Assembly: GCA_030704615.1 (NCBI GenBank)
Contig: CM060732.1
Coordinates: 70,618,001-70,682,000, forward strand
Direction: 5' to 3'
Source of the DNA: Takakia lepidozioides
Lineage: Eukaryota > Plantae > Bryophyta
DNA: 64,000 nt
Part shown: positions 13,389 through 27,039 of the stretch, piece after piece
Numbering within the stretch: the stretch's first letter is position 1
How the letters are laid out: every line of letters begins with the position of its first letter
Translations under genes and position numbers: made by a program
Notes under the pieces: generated by a model
The model's input: the letters and a program-made list of their open reading frames with translations, nothing else
What the model was told of the DNA's origin: nothing
The model's database searches: none

Positions 13389-16300
13389 GAGTGCTACGGA
13401 ACAGAAAAGCCAAAAGCGATGAATGCGAGGCCATTCATACATTCATCAGTCCAAGTAGACTGGACGAAGTAGTGGACGCGAACGGACGTGGCTCTTCACG
13501 TTCGTCGTCATCAACGGGTGCGGTCGTTTTTTCGTTGTCTCTCTCGCTTGCGCTCCTCAGATGCTTCTCTTCCATTTCTGAAGAAATCTTTACAAGAGGG
13601 CATCCTTCAATGCGAGGTCGTCACAATGTGGAAAAAAGATTCAAACATTTAGCCAGGGGAATTTATTCTCTCAAGGATACTCGGAACCGTCCGTGACGAA
13701 AGGCTGCAATTGAAAAAAAATTAATTATCTGGTGAGTAAGTTTCAGAATTGCTTGTTTGGAATAGCTCAGAGAAGTTTTTGGAAGCTACATTGAAGAGGA
13801 AGTTTTTCGACCGTAGCTATTCACAGACATTGAAGATGCATAGTGCATGTATTTTCTCATCCATGTGCCAATTTTTTGGTCAAATGTTTACTCCTTTTCG
13901 ATTAGTCTCTTTTCGGGTGATGCTAGAGTTGGAGTGATGATCTGCATCACCTCATAACAGACAGCCATCTCATGCATTCGTATGTTTTCAGCTCTAGACT
14001 TACAGCCTTCGCATCAACTCTAAAACTTTCTTGCAAATTTTAGGCACTAGGGACGTCGGGACGGTCCTGTGGCAACCATCAGAAAATGCTTGCCACTAGA
14101 CTCGACATTACTGGTTTCAGATTGGACTTAGTTATGGTCAGTAGATAGTCTACATGAATGGCCTAGCCGAACTTGAGTTTGAAGCATTCGTCTTGGTCTT
14201 CCACAATGTGGAGGTTGCAATGCATTTTTAACATTGTTTTCAAACAGTAATCGAGATGTTCAATAAGAGTTTATCGAAGTAGTGCAAGCTCTATGCGCAT
14301 GCAACATATTCCTCACCATGATGAGAGCACTCTAATGCATGTGGAGCAAACGTGAGATTCTTGTACAAAATGGGTAAACCCCAACTTTATTGAGCTACCC
14401 CTGGTCAAGGTCTAATAAGCCCTATATCTTAGAATTTGATTTGTGTCGGCGGACTTCAGACATTATCAGCGACTTTAACTTTTGCAAGTCTGTAACTCTT
14501 GTAAAGGAAATAAAAATTCTTTAACTTCTGTCAGCAATCTGCAGTTTCCAGTTTTCTCGCAGAAGAACTGATGTGAGGCCTTTGAAGTTGTTACTTCCGT
14601 TTGTCTGATTGTGCACTCAATTATTGTATTGAAATCTTTGACCGTGACTGCAGGGAAAGAAAGGAGAAACAGACGCGATGATTGTAAAGTGAGGGTTGTA
14701 AGTCAAGGTGAGACAGATGTTAATGACTCTGCGGAGCAAGTTCCTAATGAAATTTTACCTCCAAGCAGATTACCACAACCTAGACCACCCTTAGTGTGCC
14801 CAACATGCCAATCATCAATGGCGGTGCAGGAGCACTACCATGGCATGGATGAAGCAGGGAGTTCCCCACTTCTCATACTGTGTATTGTTCTGAATCTTAT
14901 GTCAATGTTTATCTGTCTGTTTGTTATTTCTTTAATCCGAATTTTACCAGGTTATGCTGATGATTGATCGGATCTTCCACTCCATTTCTGACCTAAGATT
15001 GTGTGCCATCGAAATCTGTCAGTGCATGGAAGATAAAGATATTGTCTTTCAAACCCTGGATAGAATTTTATCTTAGCCCAACTGAAGCCTATCAAAGCAA
15101 GTGGTTAGTCCATCGGGAGACCTATAGGTAAACTTGATGCAATGGTTTCTTAAAGAGCTATAGTGATGCTTGTAGTGCCTTAGTTGATGAAATTCCAACT
15201 GAGCTCTTCATAGTTCAGTGCGTGGGCCTATTCTCATGAATTGGAATGTGGCCTAATGCTGGCATTGTTAGTCCATATTGTCTTGTTTTTGGCCCAATCA
15301 ATGTGCCTCATTTTTGTAGGTTTTAAATGTATGTCTAAACAGAAAGGGTTTTGTCAAATGGTGATAATCCACAACTGCCCTCCAACTGGATTTCAAATTT
15401 CGTTGTAAAATTCAATTGGTAATGGCCATTCCTTGGTAGTGCTCTGATGCGAGTCTCAAGAGTTCTCAAGCTATAGCAGTCAACTTTTCTTACAGACTAC
15501 TCTCTGATTTTCAGTTGGAATTTGTCTTAGTCTTGCAAGCATGATGAAATCAGCTGGGGGTTCCTGACTCTCAAGTTACTTCTTTGTGCAGGGTCTAGGT
15601 TTCCAAACAAAGTATTCAGTGCCTTATGGCATTGAAAACAACAACAATTATCTCCATTAGGCAACCACGTTTTCATCACCCCTCATTTTCATACAACATC
15701 CACTTTCGTAGAACACTGCGGTTCTAAGTACAGTAAACTTGATGTTCATCAAGGGGGGATAGGGTCTTTGATGATCATTGTGTGGATATTCAGGAACTTA
15801 GACTAGTTGCTTAATCAACCTCACATGGTGAGGCAGATTTTGACCATTCCATAACCTACAAGAGCCTTGCCATATGTAGTACATATAATGATATTTCACT
15901 TGGTATCATCCCCTGCATCTTGTCTACCTCTACCAAACTTCCCTGTGGTTGGACATGTGGTTTACTGTACCAAAGTGGCACCACTTGGTGAGGTGGAGCT
16001 CTAGCCTCTGCCCTCGTAGCAGTCCTGCTAGCTGCATACTAACAATCGTGCAAACTAGCCTAAGTTGAAATTTTCTTTCCTATTTTGGTCTCCCAATCCA
16101 TCGAGTTTGTTGAACATCCAATATTGCTCATTGAAAGTTCAGTATCAGTGGTATGGGATAACCGTCATTCGCATGCTGAATTCACCCTTTTCCTTAGGGG
16201 CCATGAAGCTTCCAATTGAGATGAGGCAACATACTGTCCTCTGTCCTTAACCTACTTTTGATTCTGAAATAGTCGCTACTCTGAACTACTTCCCCTTACT

Positions 16301-17279
16301 CTCTCTCTCTTGTCTCTCGTCCCCAAATGTCACTCCCCACTGAAATAGAGGCTATACCTTGGCCCCTAGGCCTCCAACAACTATAGTAAATCTTTTTCTT
16401 TTTCTTTCTGGTGTGGTGGGGAGGACCTAGGTATGGCTGTAAGGGCTCGATGAATGATGTGGTGAGGTGGTTTGTCCATTTTGCGGCGTTGTGTGCGAGT
16501 GAGGTTGTGAATGTTCTGTTTGGTGCGAGGTGTTTGGGGGATTATCGGGGGGTGTGGAATAGGTGGCTATAACACTCGTTGTGATTTGCTGCATGATGGT
16601 ATATAGAGTTTTATTTGCTCTTAACTAGTTGCTAACATTTGGTTGTTGAGAACAGTCTTCCATGATTTTTCACTGGTCCCTTTATATTACTAGCGTTTCA
16701 ACCTCAGATCAGATTCATATGTTAGGTTGATGTGTATAGATCTAATTATGAGTGCATCAATAGTCCTTGCCTTTTAGTATGATTCCATTTACATCTACAC
16801 TGAATTGTCACTGGGTTTGTATCAGTTGTGCCCAAGAGTGATGCTAATCTTGCACTTAGTTTCCATTCCAACAAGCTAAAACCCAACTTATTATAATTGA
16901 AAAGGTGCATACTTTGATTCACCGTGCTAGGATGGAATGTGGTATCCCTCTAGCCACTCGAGGACAAGCCTCTAAGGAAAAAGAAATAATACTATCAGCT
17001 TGCACGTATGCCCTTCTGTTGAGGTTACTTTGCACCCAACTTCTCTTGATATAATTTGAGGGAAAAATTCCATGAATAGGCATAGGGAGCTTTGTAAGAA
17101 CTTTTTTGTGGTGTTGAAAATGGCTACCATAGCTTGGAGCTTCAAAATGGCTGCATGCCTACCACATTCCTGCAATTCCATAGTCTCTCCGTGGAGGAAA
17201 TGACATGGCACACACCTAATGTGCTTATCAAATTGTTTTTGCGATCCTCTCACTAATTTGCCAAAAAAGTTAGGTTGAG

Positions 17280-18160
17280 GTTTTTTTTATAAAAAAATAA
17301 AAGGGAGCCCCACAATTTAGGCCCTTGAGGAGAGGGGAAAATTAACCCCCTTTCATTTATGGGCCATGAGTCCTACAGGACGAACAATGCCCAGACAGAC
17401 CGCCACGAACAATCCACACACGGACAGGGGCAGGGCAGCGGGTTTGAACCAGTGTTGGTCTGGTATCTGGGTTTCGCCGGGCATCAACCCGGGTCTCTCC
17501 TAACCTAACCTACTGTTCTCTGTTCCCGTAAACATTTGTACTACCCTACCAAAAGGTTCTCGAGTTCCTGGCGGTCCCCCAAACCCTAACAGGTGGGGTT
17601 AGGGTTCTCCTTTCCCCGCCCCCCTACCAAAGCTCGACTCCTCGTTGTAGGTCTGTTAAGATGCACATATAGACATTATGGATGCAGGGTTTCATGTGTT
17701 TATGAGCGCCTCTTTATGATCTTCATTTGCGAGACACTATGGATGCAATTGATTCAGTGTATAATTGTATGGGGGTTGGTATCCTATGAGATGAGCAGGT
17801 TTCCTTGTGGTTTTCTTGAATATTCAAATGGCTATTTGAATAGTTCAGATGGCCATTTCAATATTGAATTTGAATTTGAATTCCCGTACCATTTTTATTT
17901 TATTATTTTTTAATACCATATCCGAGTTCATATTTCTAGGTTATTGACATTCAGATACCATTGCTCATATCCAGATTGATTTCTTTCAAAAACCACTCTA
18001 TGCATACCAGATTCATACTTTGAAAAATCAGGGGCTGCATTATTGGTAAACCTACATGCCTTAAAAAAATTCAGCACTGCATACCAGGACCCTTCTGGTA
18101 TTTCCAATTCAAGACACCATACCAACACTGGTTTGAACCCCGGACCACCGAGGTGACACA
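17280..18160 (-). mobile_element. Possible tRNA-derived SINE interrupted by the hAT MITE
   Basis: Removing the MITE and one TSD copy rebuilds ggtggtccGGGTTCAAACCCgctgcc on the - strand, a Pol III B-box. An A/T-rich tail lies near 17280-17300. No convincing A-box was seen. Confidence 0.35.
17450..18130. mobile_element. Non-autonomous hAT element (MITE), 681 bp
   Basis: TIRs CAGTGTTGGTcTGGTaTCT / AGAcACCAtACCAACACTG and a perfect 8-bp TSD GTTTGAAC (17442-17449, 18131-18138). Confidence 0.88.
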
Positions 18161-18449
18161 TTGTGAAATTGGTTTCTAATTTGCGTTTGTTAGTGATGGA
18201 TGTGAGGAAGTGAATAGTGGTGAGGTGGATATCTTTGAAGCATTTGTGACTGGAAGTGATAAGATACATTAATGCTATCGTTATAAATACCACCTATGTT
18301 GCCCACATTGACTATGTTGAGTGAAGGTATGACGAAGTTTAGTGGTGGGAATATGAAGTAGTTTCAAGTTTTGCTTCAAAAGAGAAGTTTGAAGATTTGT
18401 AGCTTTTTATTATTATTATTTTAATTAATCAACAAGGACAGAGGCCCTG

Positions 18450-19600
18450 GGGATTTTTTTTTTAATCTTTATTAATGAGGCAAAATTTGGAAGACTAGGC
18501 AAGGAAAAAATAACCCTGCAAGAAGCCATAAGACCAACAGAGAGGCACCGCTCAATAACCGGAGTTCCAAAAAAAGGTCCTATGAAGACTACAAGATACT
18601 ACTAGTAGACCAAGGAAGGTTATCACAACCCCTTGCCAAGCTCGAAGGAGAGTTGGACTCTCGACTTAACTTTTCTATAGCTATGCTTGTGACGCCAATT
18701 GACCTCCTGTTCTTTCTCCTTCAGTTGGTGAGATTTTAGCGCTGATGGAACTCCCAACAAGGTGGGATGGCGTCGTTCCAGGCAACGCGTAGCTCGGCAA
18801 CCCTGGAGCCGAAGATGCCTCCCTTTCCCCAAGATGCATCAAATCGCGCAAGTTCTCCTTGCCGCTTGTCTTCATTCCACTTGGGGAAAGCTGCACATAA
18901 AACATCCCATGCTTTCCGAGCTTTAGAGTGGAGGTATGAGTGAGCTCTAAATAGAATGTCGACACTTGCACAAGGCAACACACCATCAAACATAGAAGAG
19001 CACTGGGATTTCCAGATTTGCCACAAAATGTGCGCCCTTAGTGCTGACCATACCGGACAATCGGACCATAAACTGTCATTGTGCAGGTTAAGCAGGATAA
19101 GAGAGGGGGTTCTGGGAAGGTCATGACCCTAAGGCCTGTAGAACCGAGCCACTTTATCCCAAATCAATGTAGTATGAGGGCACGAGAAGAAGACGTGCTC
19201 TGCAGATTCAATGACTGGAGCTAAGCAATGTTGGCAGACAGATGTAGAATTGAAGAGAGGTGGGCGAGCGGCAGGATCCTATTTACCAGCCTCCATAGGA
19301 AGCCATTGGCTTTAGCAGCCCATTCCTTCTTCCATACATCCTTCTAGACTAGCTTCCAAGAACTGGTTTGTGCCAAATACCTCCACTTGTGAGAAAGCTT
19401 GAAACCAAAGGAAGAGTGGGGTACTGGCAAGGAGTAACCCATCTTAACTTTATAGGCAAAGAAGGGGTGATGTTTCTTAGACATCCAACTCCATTCTCTG
19501 GGATCAAATTGCCGGGTTGCTCACTATGCAAACTCGTTTTGATGGTCCTTAAAAGCTTCATTTGAGTTTTACTAGGAACTACAATAAGTTCCACTAAAAA
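18450..19600 (-). mobile_element. Degenerate L1-clade LINE 3' fragment (zf-RVT region)
   Basis: Across frameshifts the - strand reads KANGFLWRLVNRILPL..CQHCLAPVIESAEHVFFSCP..LWQIWKSQC..FDG. An A-rich end lies near 18450-18480. Confidence 0.7.
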
Positions 19601-21224
19601 CCACTATGTTTATTTATCTAACATACTAACATCATTATTAAAGAAAGGATACCATTCCAACTAGCAGCTCTTTACCATAACTATGACCAGCGACAGAGAA
19701 TGTCAACACTACGTGAATCTTGACATGGCCCACCTAATTTAATGAGAAGTACCCATGAGTGCCGATTTCCTGAAAAATTGGATGAAGCCTGAAAGAAAAA
19801 ATTAATATTGTCAGTAAGCCTGCCGAACCTGGATACCTCCATGTATTTAATGATTCCGGTAGGGTCCGTCGAAATAGAGCGGCCTCGGTAATAAGATCAT
19901 CCACACCTTTGAGCTCAAAAGGCTCCTTGTAACGCCAAAGATAACGTGATAGATTTAGGCTCCGTTGGATTCTTTAGTGGGGAAGTCTCGACTCGCACAC
20001 ACCCAGGCTCCTCGGGTTTAGGGCTCTCAATGACATACAACGTCCACCCGTCAGGATATAGGGTTCAGCGGCAAGGATCTGGACATTTTTCGCCGAGTTC
20101 CAATCTGTATATTGCTCGATTCTGTTGGTGGGCTGGGTCTGTTGGTGTGGATGCTTTAAACACTATAAATCTTGAGCACCGCAAATGATTACGATTTCAA
20201 ATTTTCAGCAAAATAAAATGAGTTTTAGAAGTAACAATGCCATATGATGCACTCTTCATCACATGTGGGTCCATGAAACTCAAATATGAAAATATATTGT
20301 CTATTATCTTTTGTTATGATTTAGTAGCGTCTTCTACAATCTTTGTGTTGCTCCCTCTCCCTCTCACCAAAAGTCCCTCTCCATGGAAGTTGGTGTTTTC
20401 ATAGGATTTTTATTTATTTATTTAAGGGAGACACATGGGAGGACAACTCACCAATCATGCCCTTTAATTATAGTGAGAGGAGAAAATAACCAGTGTTGGG
20501 CGGTTCTTGCCTTTGTGAAGGAACCTTCGGTTCCGGTTCCACAAATTTTTGAAGAGACGGTTCCGGATCCGGATCCGGTTATTTTTTATTAAGGCGGTTC
20601 CGGTCCTTCTGACTTTTTAACATGGGGGCGGTTCCAGTTACCGGTTAGTTGCTGGAAGAAAAAACACCGGTTCCCGGTTAGGTTCCGGTTCTTTTTTAAA
20701 AATATATTAAATTCTTTTAATTTTTTTATTCTTCTGGAAAATTAGATGAACTGATCTGATTGGTCATACTGAATTTTCAGAATTTTCAACTAAAACCAGG
20801 GAATTTATTAGTAAAACAGAAGTAAATAAACTTATATGTTTTTTGTGATTGTCTTTTATGGTATATATAACAAGTTAAATACGCATGGTCTCCATTAAAA
20901 ACGAAAAACCAGAGATTTTATAAGTTTTCGTACGGTGTAGCAAAGAACAACTAAAACAAACTAACTTTATAAGGATCTTAATTCAAAATACAAAACAAAT
21001 TAAACATGTGTAATTCTATGGTTACCTTTTATGGTGCAGCAAAAGCACAACTAAAAAAAACTACATAAATTTGTGTTTTTTGGATGATGCTTTGTCGATA
21101 TACCATACAACAAACTAAGTACACGGGATGTCACTGAAATTTTCAATAAAAATGACAAATAAACAAACTCCAATCAAAGGAGTATAGTGTAATATGTTGA
21201 ACAATAATTTGTCTCTAAGACAAA

Positions 21225-23573
21225 TCATTCTACCTCAAAGAGGTTTGCATCTGCAATCAAGTCCTCATTCTCATCTAAGAGGACTTCTTCCCTATCCAAA
21301 AACTCTTTCATGGAAGTACTAAAGCAACCAACTCTAGTATCATTTGGTCAATTCTTGACTATACTCACAAGCATATCAAGGTTTTCAATATTTAACCTGC
21401 ACCATCTCAAGCTTGTTATGACACCTGCAATACTAAAAACCCTCTCAGCTTCAATCTGAGATCCAATTATGCCCAAGATTAGCCGTGCCAAAAATCCCAC
21501 ATACGGAAAGAGAGACTCATGTTCTTTCCACCATTTCAAAGGAGCCACGCACTCACCCTCAATTATCTTCGTCCTTCTGAAATGTGATAGTTGTTCTCTC
21601 ACTACTGTCAATGTCATGTCTTCATTGTGGTCATGCACACCAAATAAGAACATCTCGTCCATTGTGGAAGTGGGCTGTGATTGGGCCGGAGTATCCGGAT
21701 GTAAGACCTTGAAACACTTTACCAAAAGAGGCTCTAACACCATGCTATCATATTGGGACACAATATGCAAAGCACGCTCTTTGCCCACATATTGTGATAC
21801 CAATGACAACCCCTTGTAACGTGGATCAAGCATAAGCGCGAGCATATTGTGAGCTTTGCGCGATTGAAACCCTTCCAAAAAAGAAAGAAATGGTTCCAAG
21901 ACATATACCACCTCTCGAGCCATCCGCCATTCCAACAATGTCAACTCTGTTGAGAAATCCCCCATGCAATGATCCACAGTTGCAGCCCTGGGAGCACTAC
22001 TTCCTCGCATGTGAATTGTTGTGGCAATGGCTGCATTAAGAGCATCGAACAACAGCCAAAATCCCCCAGATTGATTCATAATGCACTCATGAACCACAGG
22101 CCCTAGAACTGTAGAAGTTGATTGGGCAATGGCCCACACTTGTGGACTTAGTGTGCGAGACTGTAGTCTCAATGAGGTTTGCTTAGAGTAACAAGTGATT
22201 ATGGCTTGCATAAATTCCAAAGTCTCTTGGAAGAGGATCACCTTGGAAGCAAACCGTGTCTTCACCGGAGTCTTCAATTTGTGGGGATGAATGCCACTGT
22301 CCACACATGCCTTTGCCCATTCTTGTCTCCTTTTGCCCTTTTTTTTTGTCCAAGTAATGGTTTTTTGCAACTCTGATTGGGCATTTTTTATAGAAACCGA
22401 TCTCATATCTGCGCATACTTTTGCATCATTTGGTGCATAATGGCAACACTTGGACATTGCATGCCCAAAACAGCTACCCACAAATGGAGAATCCAACCCC
22501 AAACACGCACATGAGACCACCGAATTCAAAGCATTGATCAAAGTGGCCAAGTTACCTCCCTCATCTTTGACGTAAGCAATAATGCGAGTATTGAGGCCAT
22601 ACTTCACAAGAAGATTGTTGACTTGATGTGCCATGGCAGCCCCAGATGTGTCAGGTGTCTCAAACATGCCAAGAGTCACATGACATTGCTCCCACTGTTC
22701 ATTAATAAAGTGCGCTATGATGACAAAAGTGTCAGTTCCCCCTCTTGACATCCACAAATCAAAACTCACAGAGCAAGTAGCACAACTCTGAAGAGATGGG
22801 GACATGTAGCGCTCTTTCGTCTTCTCTGCCAAGATTGGAATGACCTCATTCACAAATGTCCGTCGAGAAGGGAAAACAATCCGAGGATTTTGCCTCAACA
22901 CCATCCTTCTTAGCCAAGGGGATTCTACCAAAGACAGTGGAACCAACTCCTTTGCAATGAACAAGACTAAATCCTCATTGAACTGCTTCTGTTGATCATC
23001 ATTTTGGTTGTATGGAGTGGAGCTCAAAAAAAAAAAAACTATGTTTCCAGGAGTGGGTCCGGACCTCTTTTTTGCTGGCCTACGGACATTCTCAAGTCCT
23101 TCATTTTCCCTCTCAATCCACCTACGCAAAACAATGTCATGTTCTTGATCCACATGCTTTCGAAGGGCAGAGATATCATTGGTTTTATTATAGATCACAA
23201 TGCCCTTCTTGCTTGCAGAAGTGACACCAACAGGATGACATAGAACACACCTCATTTGTTGTGGATTTGTTATATCCACTGGAGCAGAGTCTTTTGTTGC
23301 ATAGAATGCCCATGTCGAAGCAGTGCGATTGTGGGGCTTCCAAAAATCCCGTTGTTTTTCAAGTACTGGGAGCTGCGCCTCCACATCCAACACCGTGTGT
23401 GATGGCGAAACTGTGGAAGATGACATTGCAGCCGAGGCTTGAGGAGCTGATGTAAATGAGGCTGCATGATGAGCATCCTCCGCAACATGGCACTCCACCA
23501 AAGCTTTCTCATTATCAACATTGATGTCAGGAACAACTTCCCTTTCTAGTTCATCGAAAATATTGGGCTCCAT
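21225..23573 (-). CDS. hAT transposase (BED finger, DDE core, dimerization domain) with one in-frame TGA at 21348-21350
   Basis: WAFY..CVLC..LRKHVDQEH (BED), SFDLWMS, CFGHAM, KTRF, LDPRYK, and PLKWWK..ARLILGIIGSQIEAERVFS. The frame continues 40 codons past the TGA to a stop at 21225. Probable 5' intron: acceptor near 23602, donor near 25838. Confidence 0.88.
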
Positions 23574-23849
23574 GACATAAAAAGCTTGCGGAACAACTCC
23601 TGTGTAAAAACAATGCAAACAAAGAATCCAAAAGGCATTTAATAATTGTGCACAACTCATATATTTACAAAAGTTTGGAATGGTATATGGCTGGCCAAAA
23701 CGAAAGTGTGGGGAGAGACACCGCACTGCTCAATTTATTATTTCATATTGAGCTGAATGTTACATACATGGCCTACATTTAGATCTACGTTATTTTTTTT
23801 ATCTAGTATATGTACATTTACATTTTCAAAATACAAAAACTACCTAGCA

Positions 23850-25720
23850 AGTTGGGGGTGGACCAGTCTTATGCTTCAATGGTCAGCTTGGCTACTTCAT
23901 GCCTTGGGAAATGATCTACAATGCCCCCACCACATATAAATAAATCAGTCCTTGTTGTACCACAACATGAAGAGTTATAACTAAAAATTATGAAGCTTTA
24001 AAGTGGGGTGATTGTCCACAAGAGGTAGGGGCTGGCTGTCAAGCCTTCTTGATATTTGTGCTCCCCTTTCCGAGTTCAAACTTTCACTATGAGAGGAGGA
24101 GCAAATCATCCCTCTGTTGTACCACACATTGGAAAAAATAAAATAAAAAACTAAGCTATTAAAGGGTGGGGGCTTACCATAGGATGAGGGGGCTGGTTAG
24201 CGGGCTCTAAACTCGCACTCCTCCTTCTTGTGTGTGATCTACATAGCAACAGAGTAGGGGGCGGATCAGCCCCTTGCTATGCCAATTTTCTGGGAAAAAA
24301 AAAATATGCAACATTGAATTAGAGGCATGCTTACATGTGTGGTGGAACAGGGGCTGGTTGGCAGGCCTCCCTACTTGCCCTCTTTCCCTCCCATGCACAA
24401 TCTACAATAGCAAAAGAGCAAGGGGCTCATCAGCTCCTCTTATATCACAAACTTAAAATAATTAAGAAAATAAAGAACCATGAAGGGGAAATACACGCAA
24501 GTAATGGGGGCTGGTTGGCGGGTCAAGAGGCCTCCTATTTATGCTCCCTTCCCGAGTGCAACATATCACTATGAGAAAGGGCGAATCAGCCTTTTGTTGT
24601 ACCACACATTGGAAAGAATAACATTAAAAAACTAAGCTAAAGGGTGGGGGCTTACTACAAGATGAGTGGGGCTGGTTGACATGCTTTTTTACTTGCACTG
24701 GACGTCCTTCTTGTGTGTGATCTGCATTAGCAACGGCTAATCAGCCCTTGCTATACCAATTTTATGGAAAAAAAAAATGAAGGGGGATGCTTACATGTGC
24801 AGTGCAAGAGGGGCTGGTTTGCCAGCCTTCCTACTTGCCCTCCTTTCCCTCCCATGCACGATCAGCCGTAGTACAAGAGCAATGGGCTAATCAGCCCCTC
24901 TTTTAACAAAAATTTAAACAACTAAAAAAATAAAGCTCAATGAAAGGGAGTTACAAGCGGGTAATGGGGGCTGGATGGCAGGTCCCTCCCTGCTTTGGGC
25001 TCCCTCCCTCTCATGCAGAATCTGCCATAACAGAAGCCAAAGGGGCTATCTTATCAACCCCCAATTGTATCAAGAATTAAATTTTTTTGAAGAAATGGAG
25101 GATACTTACCAGTGGGTAATGTGGGCTGGTTGGCGGGGCCCTCCTTGCTTGTGCTCCCTCCAATGTAAAATCTACCATAGTGGAGCAAGGGGCTATCAGC
25201 CGCTTGGTATATCATCAAAGAAAACAGGAAAAATAATAATAAAAAAATAAAAAAAATGATGATTAATGATTACCATGGACCAAGGGGGCTGGTTGCAGGT
25301 GGGGCCCTCCTTACTCGTCCTCCCTACCTCCTGCACCACATGCCATAGCAGAAAAGGAGGAGGCTGATTAGCTTCATGGTGAACTAAAGCTAAAAACGAT
25401 AAAATAACCAAAAGTGGTGGATGCTTACCAACAAGGGGTTGGTTAACGACGGGGCTGGTTGCGCGGGCCCTCCTGCTGGCACTTCCTCCCTCCAATGCGC
25501 CACTTACCACAATACAAGAGCATGGGGCCCATTAGCTCCGCTGAACCAAAAAATTAAAAAAAAAACAAGAACATGGTGGATGCTCACCAACAACAAGCGA
25601 CGGCTGGTTGGCAGGGCCCTCCTGCTCACACTCCCTCCCTTTGTGTCCACCACATGCCACAGCAGCATAAGAGAGATCAGCCCCCTCTTGTGCGATAAAC
25701 TGAGAAGAAAAGAAACAAAC
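23850..25720. repeat. Degenerate tandem array of ~160-bp units (about 11-12 copies) inside the hAT element
   Basis: GGGGCTGGTT-like motif recurs near 24028, 24188, 24350, 24506, 24668, 24810, 24966, 25122, 25284, 25451 and 25600. Each is followed by ctccc..ATCAGCCCC and an A-tract. Confidence 0.8.
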
Positions 25721-27039
25721 AACACATTAAATCAATCAACCTAAGAGGGAAAGAGAATGGAGATGGAGATGAAATGAGAGCGAGAGAGAAATCAAACAAA
25801 TAAAGTAGGAGATGGAGACACGGAACACGAACCTTACCTGGACTGGAGTAGCGAGCAAGATGTATGCGAGAGAGAGCGAGCTGGATGAGTTGTAGAGACA
25901 CTTAGGGCTACAGCCCACGGGTGGAACCGGAACCGGAACCGCTTTAGAGTCCCCAAACCCCGGTTCCCACACATGTGGTCGTAGCTGGAACCGCCGGTTC
26001 CGGTTCCCACACAATCCCCAATTTCCGGTTCCGGTTCTGCACAGGCGGGTCCGGTTCCGGTCCGGTTCCACATAACCAGAACCGGAACCGGCGATTACCC
26101 GGGCCCAGGCGGGTAACCGCCCAACACTGAAAATAACCTCTTTCAAAGTAACCTCGCCGTGAAGGCTTCCGAATGGGACACCGCCCACGGAAGGGGGAGA
26201 AGAACATAGGATTAAAGTGATGGAAAAATACATTCCACGAAGCAGCATTTTTTTCTTAAACACCTGGGAGCGACAGCTCAAAAATCAGGCCCCTTGATAG
26301 TGAGAGGAGAAAATAACCTCTTTCACAGTAACCGCGCTATGGAGGCTGAGAAATGGGACACCGCCCAGGGTATATTGGACCATGAGAATCACTTGAACCA
26401 TCTTAGTGCTGGGCTCCATCCCTTTATCTTTAAAGGGAAAAAGAAAAGAAAAGAACTTGAACCCAATCTAGGGACATTTATGCAGTTTCCTCTTTATAGC
26501 ATTAGGGCCTAGTGAGCAACAGAGCCCAAGAAAGAGATTCCCATGTGCAAAGAAGAAGAAGAAGAAGTAGATGAGGCCTCAAGTTGATTCTAGTTCTCTC
26601 ATTGAGGGATAAGGAGTGTGTAGATAACCCCCAGAGGGCAACCAATGATAGGCCTGCTCTCTGACCGCACGTGCCAAGCGAGATTGTAGCCGTTAAGGCG
26701 CTTGTTTTGAACTGGGTGGTTGGGTGGGTAGGTGGGTAGTGCGCCTAGTGCGTGTTGCTTTCAAGGCCGACCCATCGTCACGTTCAAGATGCAGGCACAG
26801 CGACAGAGGATCCGAGCAAAAGCTGGTGAATCTGGAGAGCATCTGCCGAGAGCCTGCAAAAATTAGACTTATGGTCTGCTCATGTTTTTATGCCATTTTC
26901 TGTACTCACTTGAGGAAGTTGATCAAGCAAAGCTCCAAAACTTGATTCTTTGAGTACTGCGAGCATTTCCAATCAACGCCCGGTTGCTTTGCTACGGAGG
27001 TACCAAAATCTTGACAGGGTCTGCGCAGTTTAGTGTGAC

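Larger units (their letters stand above)
20491..26129 (-). mobile_element. Full-length hAT DNA transposon, 5639 bp
   Basis: 15-bp perfect TIRs CAGTGTTGGGCGGTT (20491-20505 / 26115-26129), an 8-bp TSD AAAATAAC (20483-20490, 26130-26137), clustered CCGGTTCC/GGAACCGG subterminal motifs at both ends, and an internal transposase. Confidence 0.95.

Noticed and set aside
13400-17250. Possible degenerate transposon or pseudogene (including ORF 14611-14967)
   Set aside because: I found no recognisable protein motif, TIR or TSD, so it is left unannotated.
17495-17610. cctaac/aaaccctaa telomere-like motifs
   Set aside because: These are a few scattered units inside the MITE, not an array.
23850-25720. 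Periodic array that could be read as CRISPR
   Set aside because: The whole ~160-bp unit is homologous and degenerate, with no identical repeats or unique spacers and no cas genes. The context is eukaryotic.
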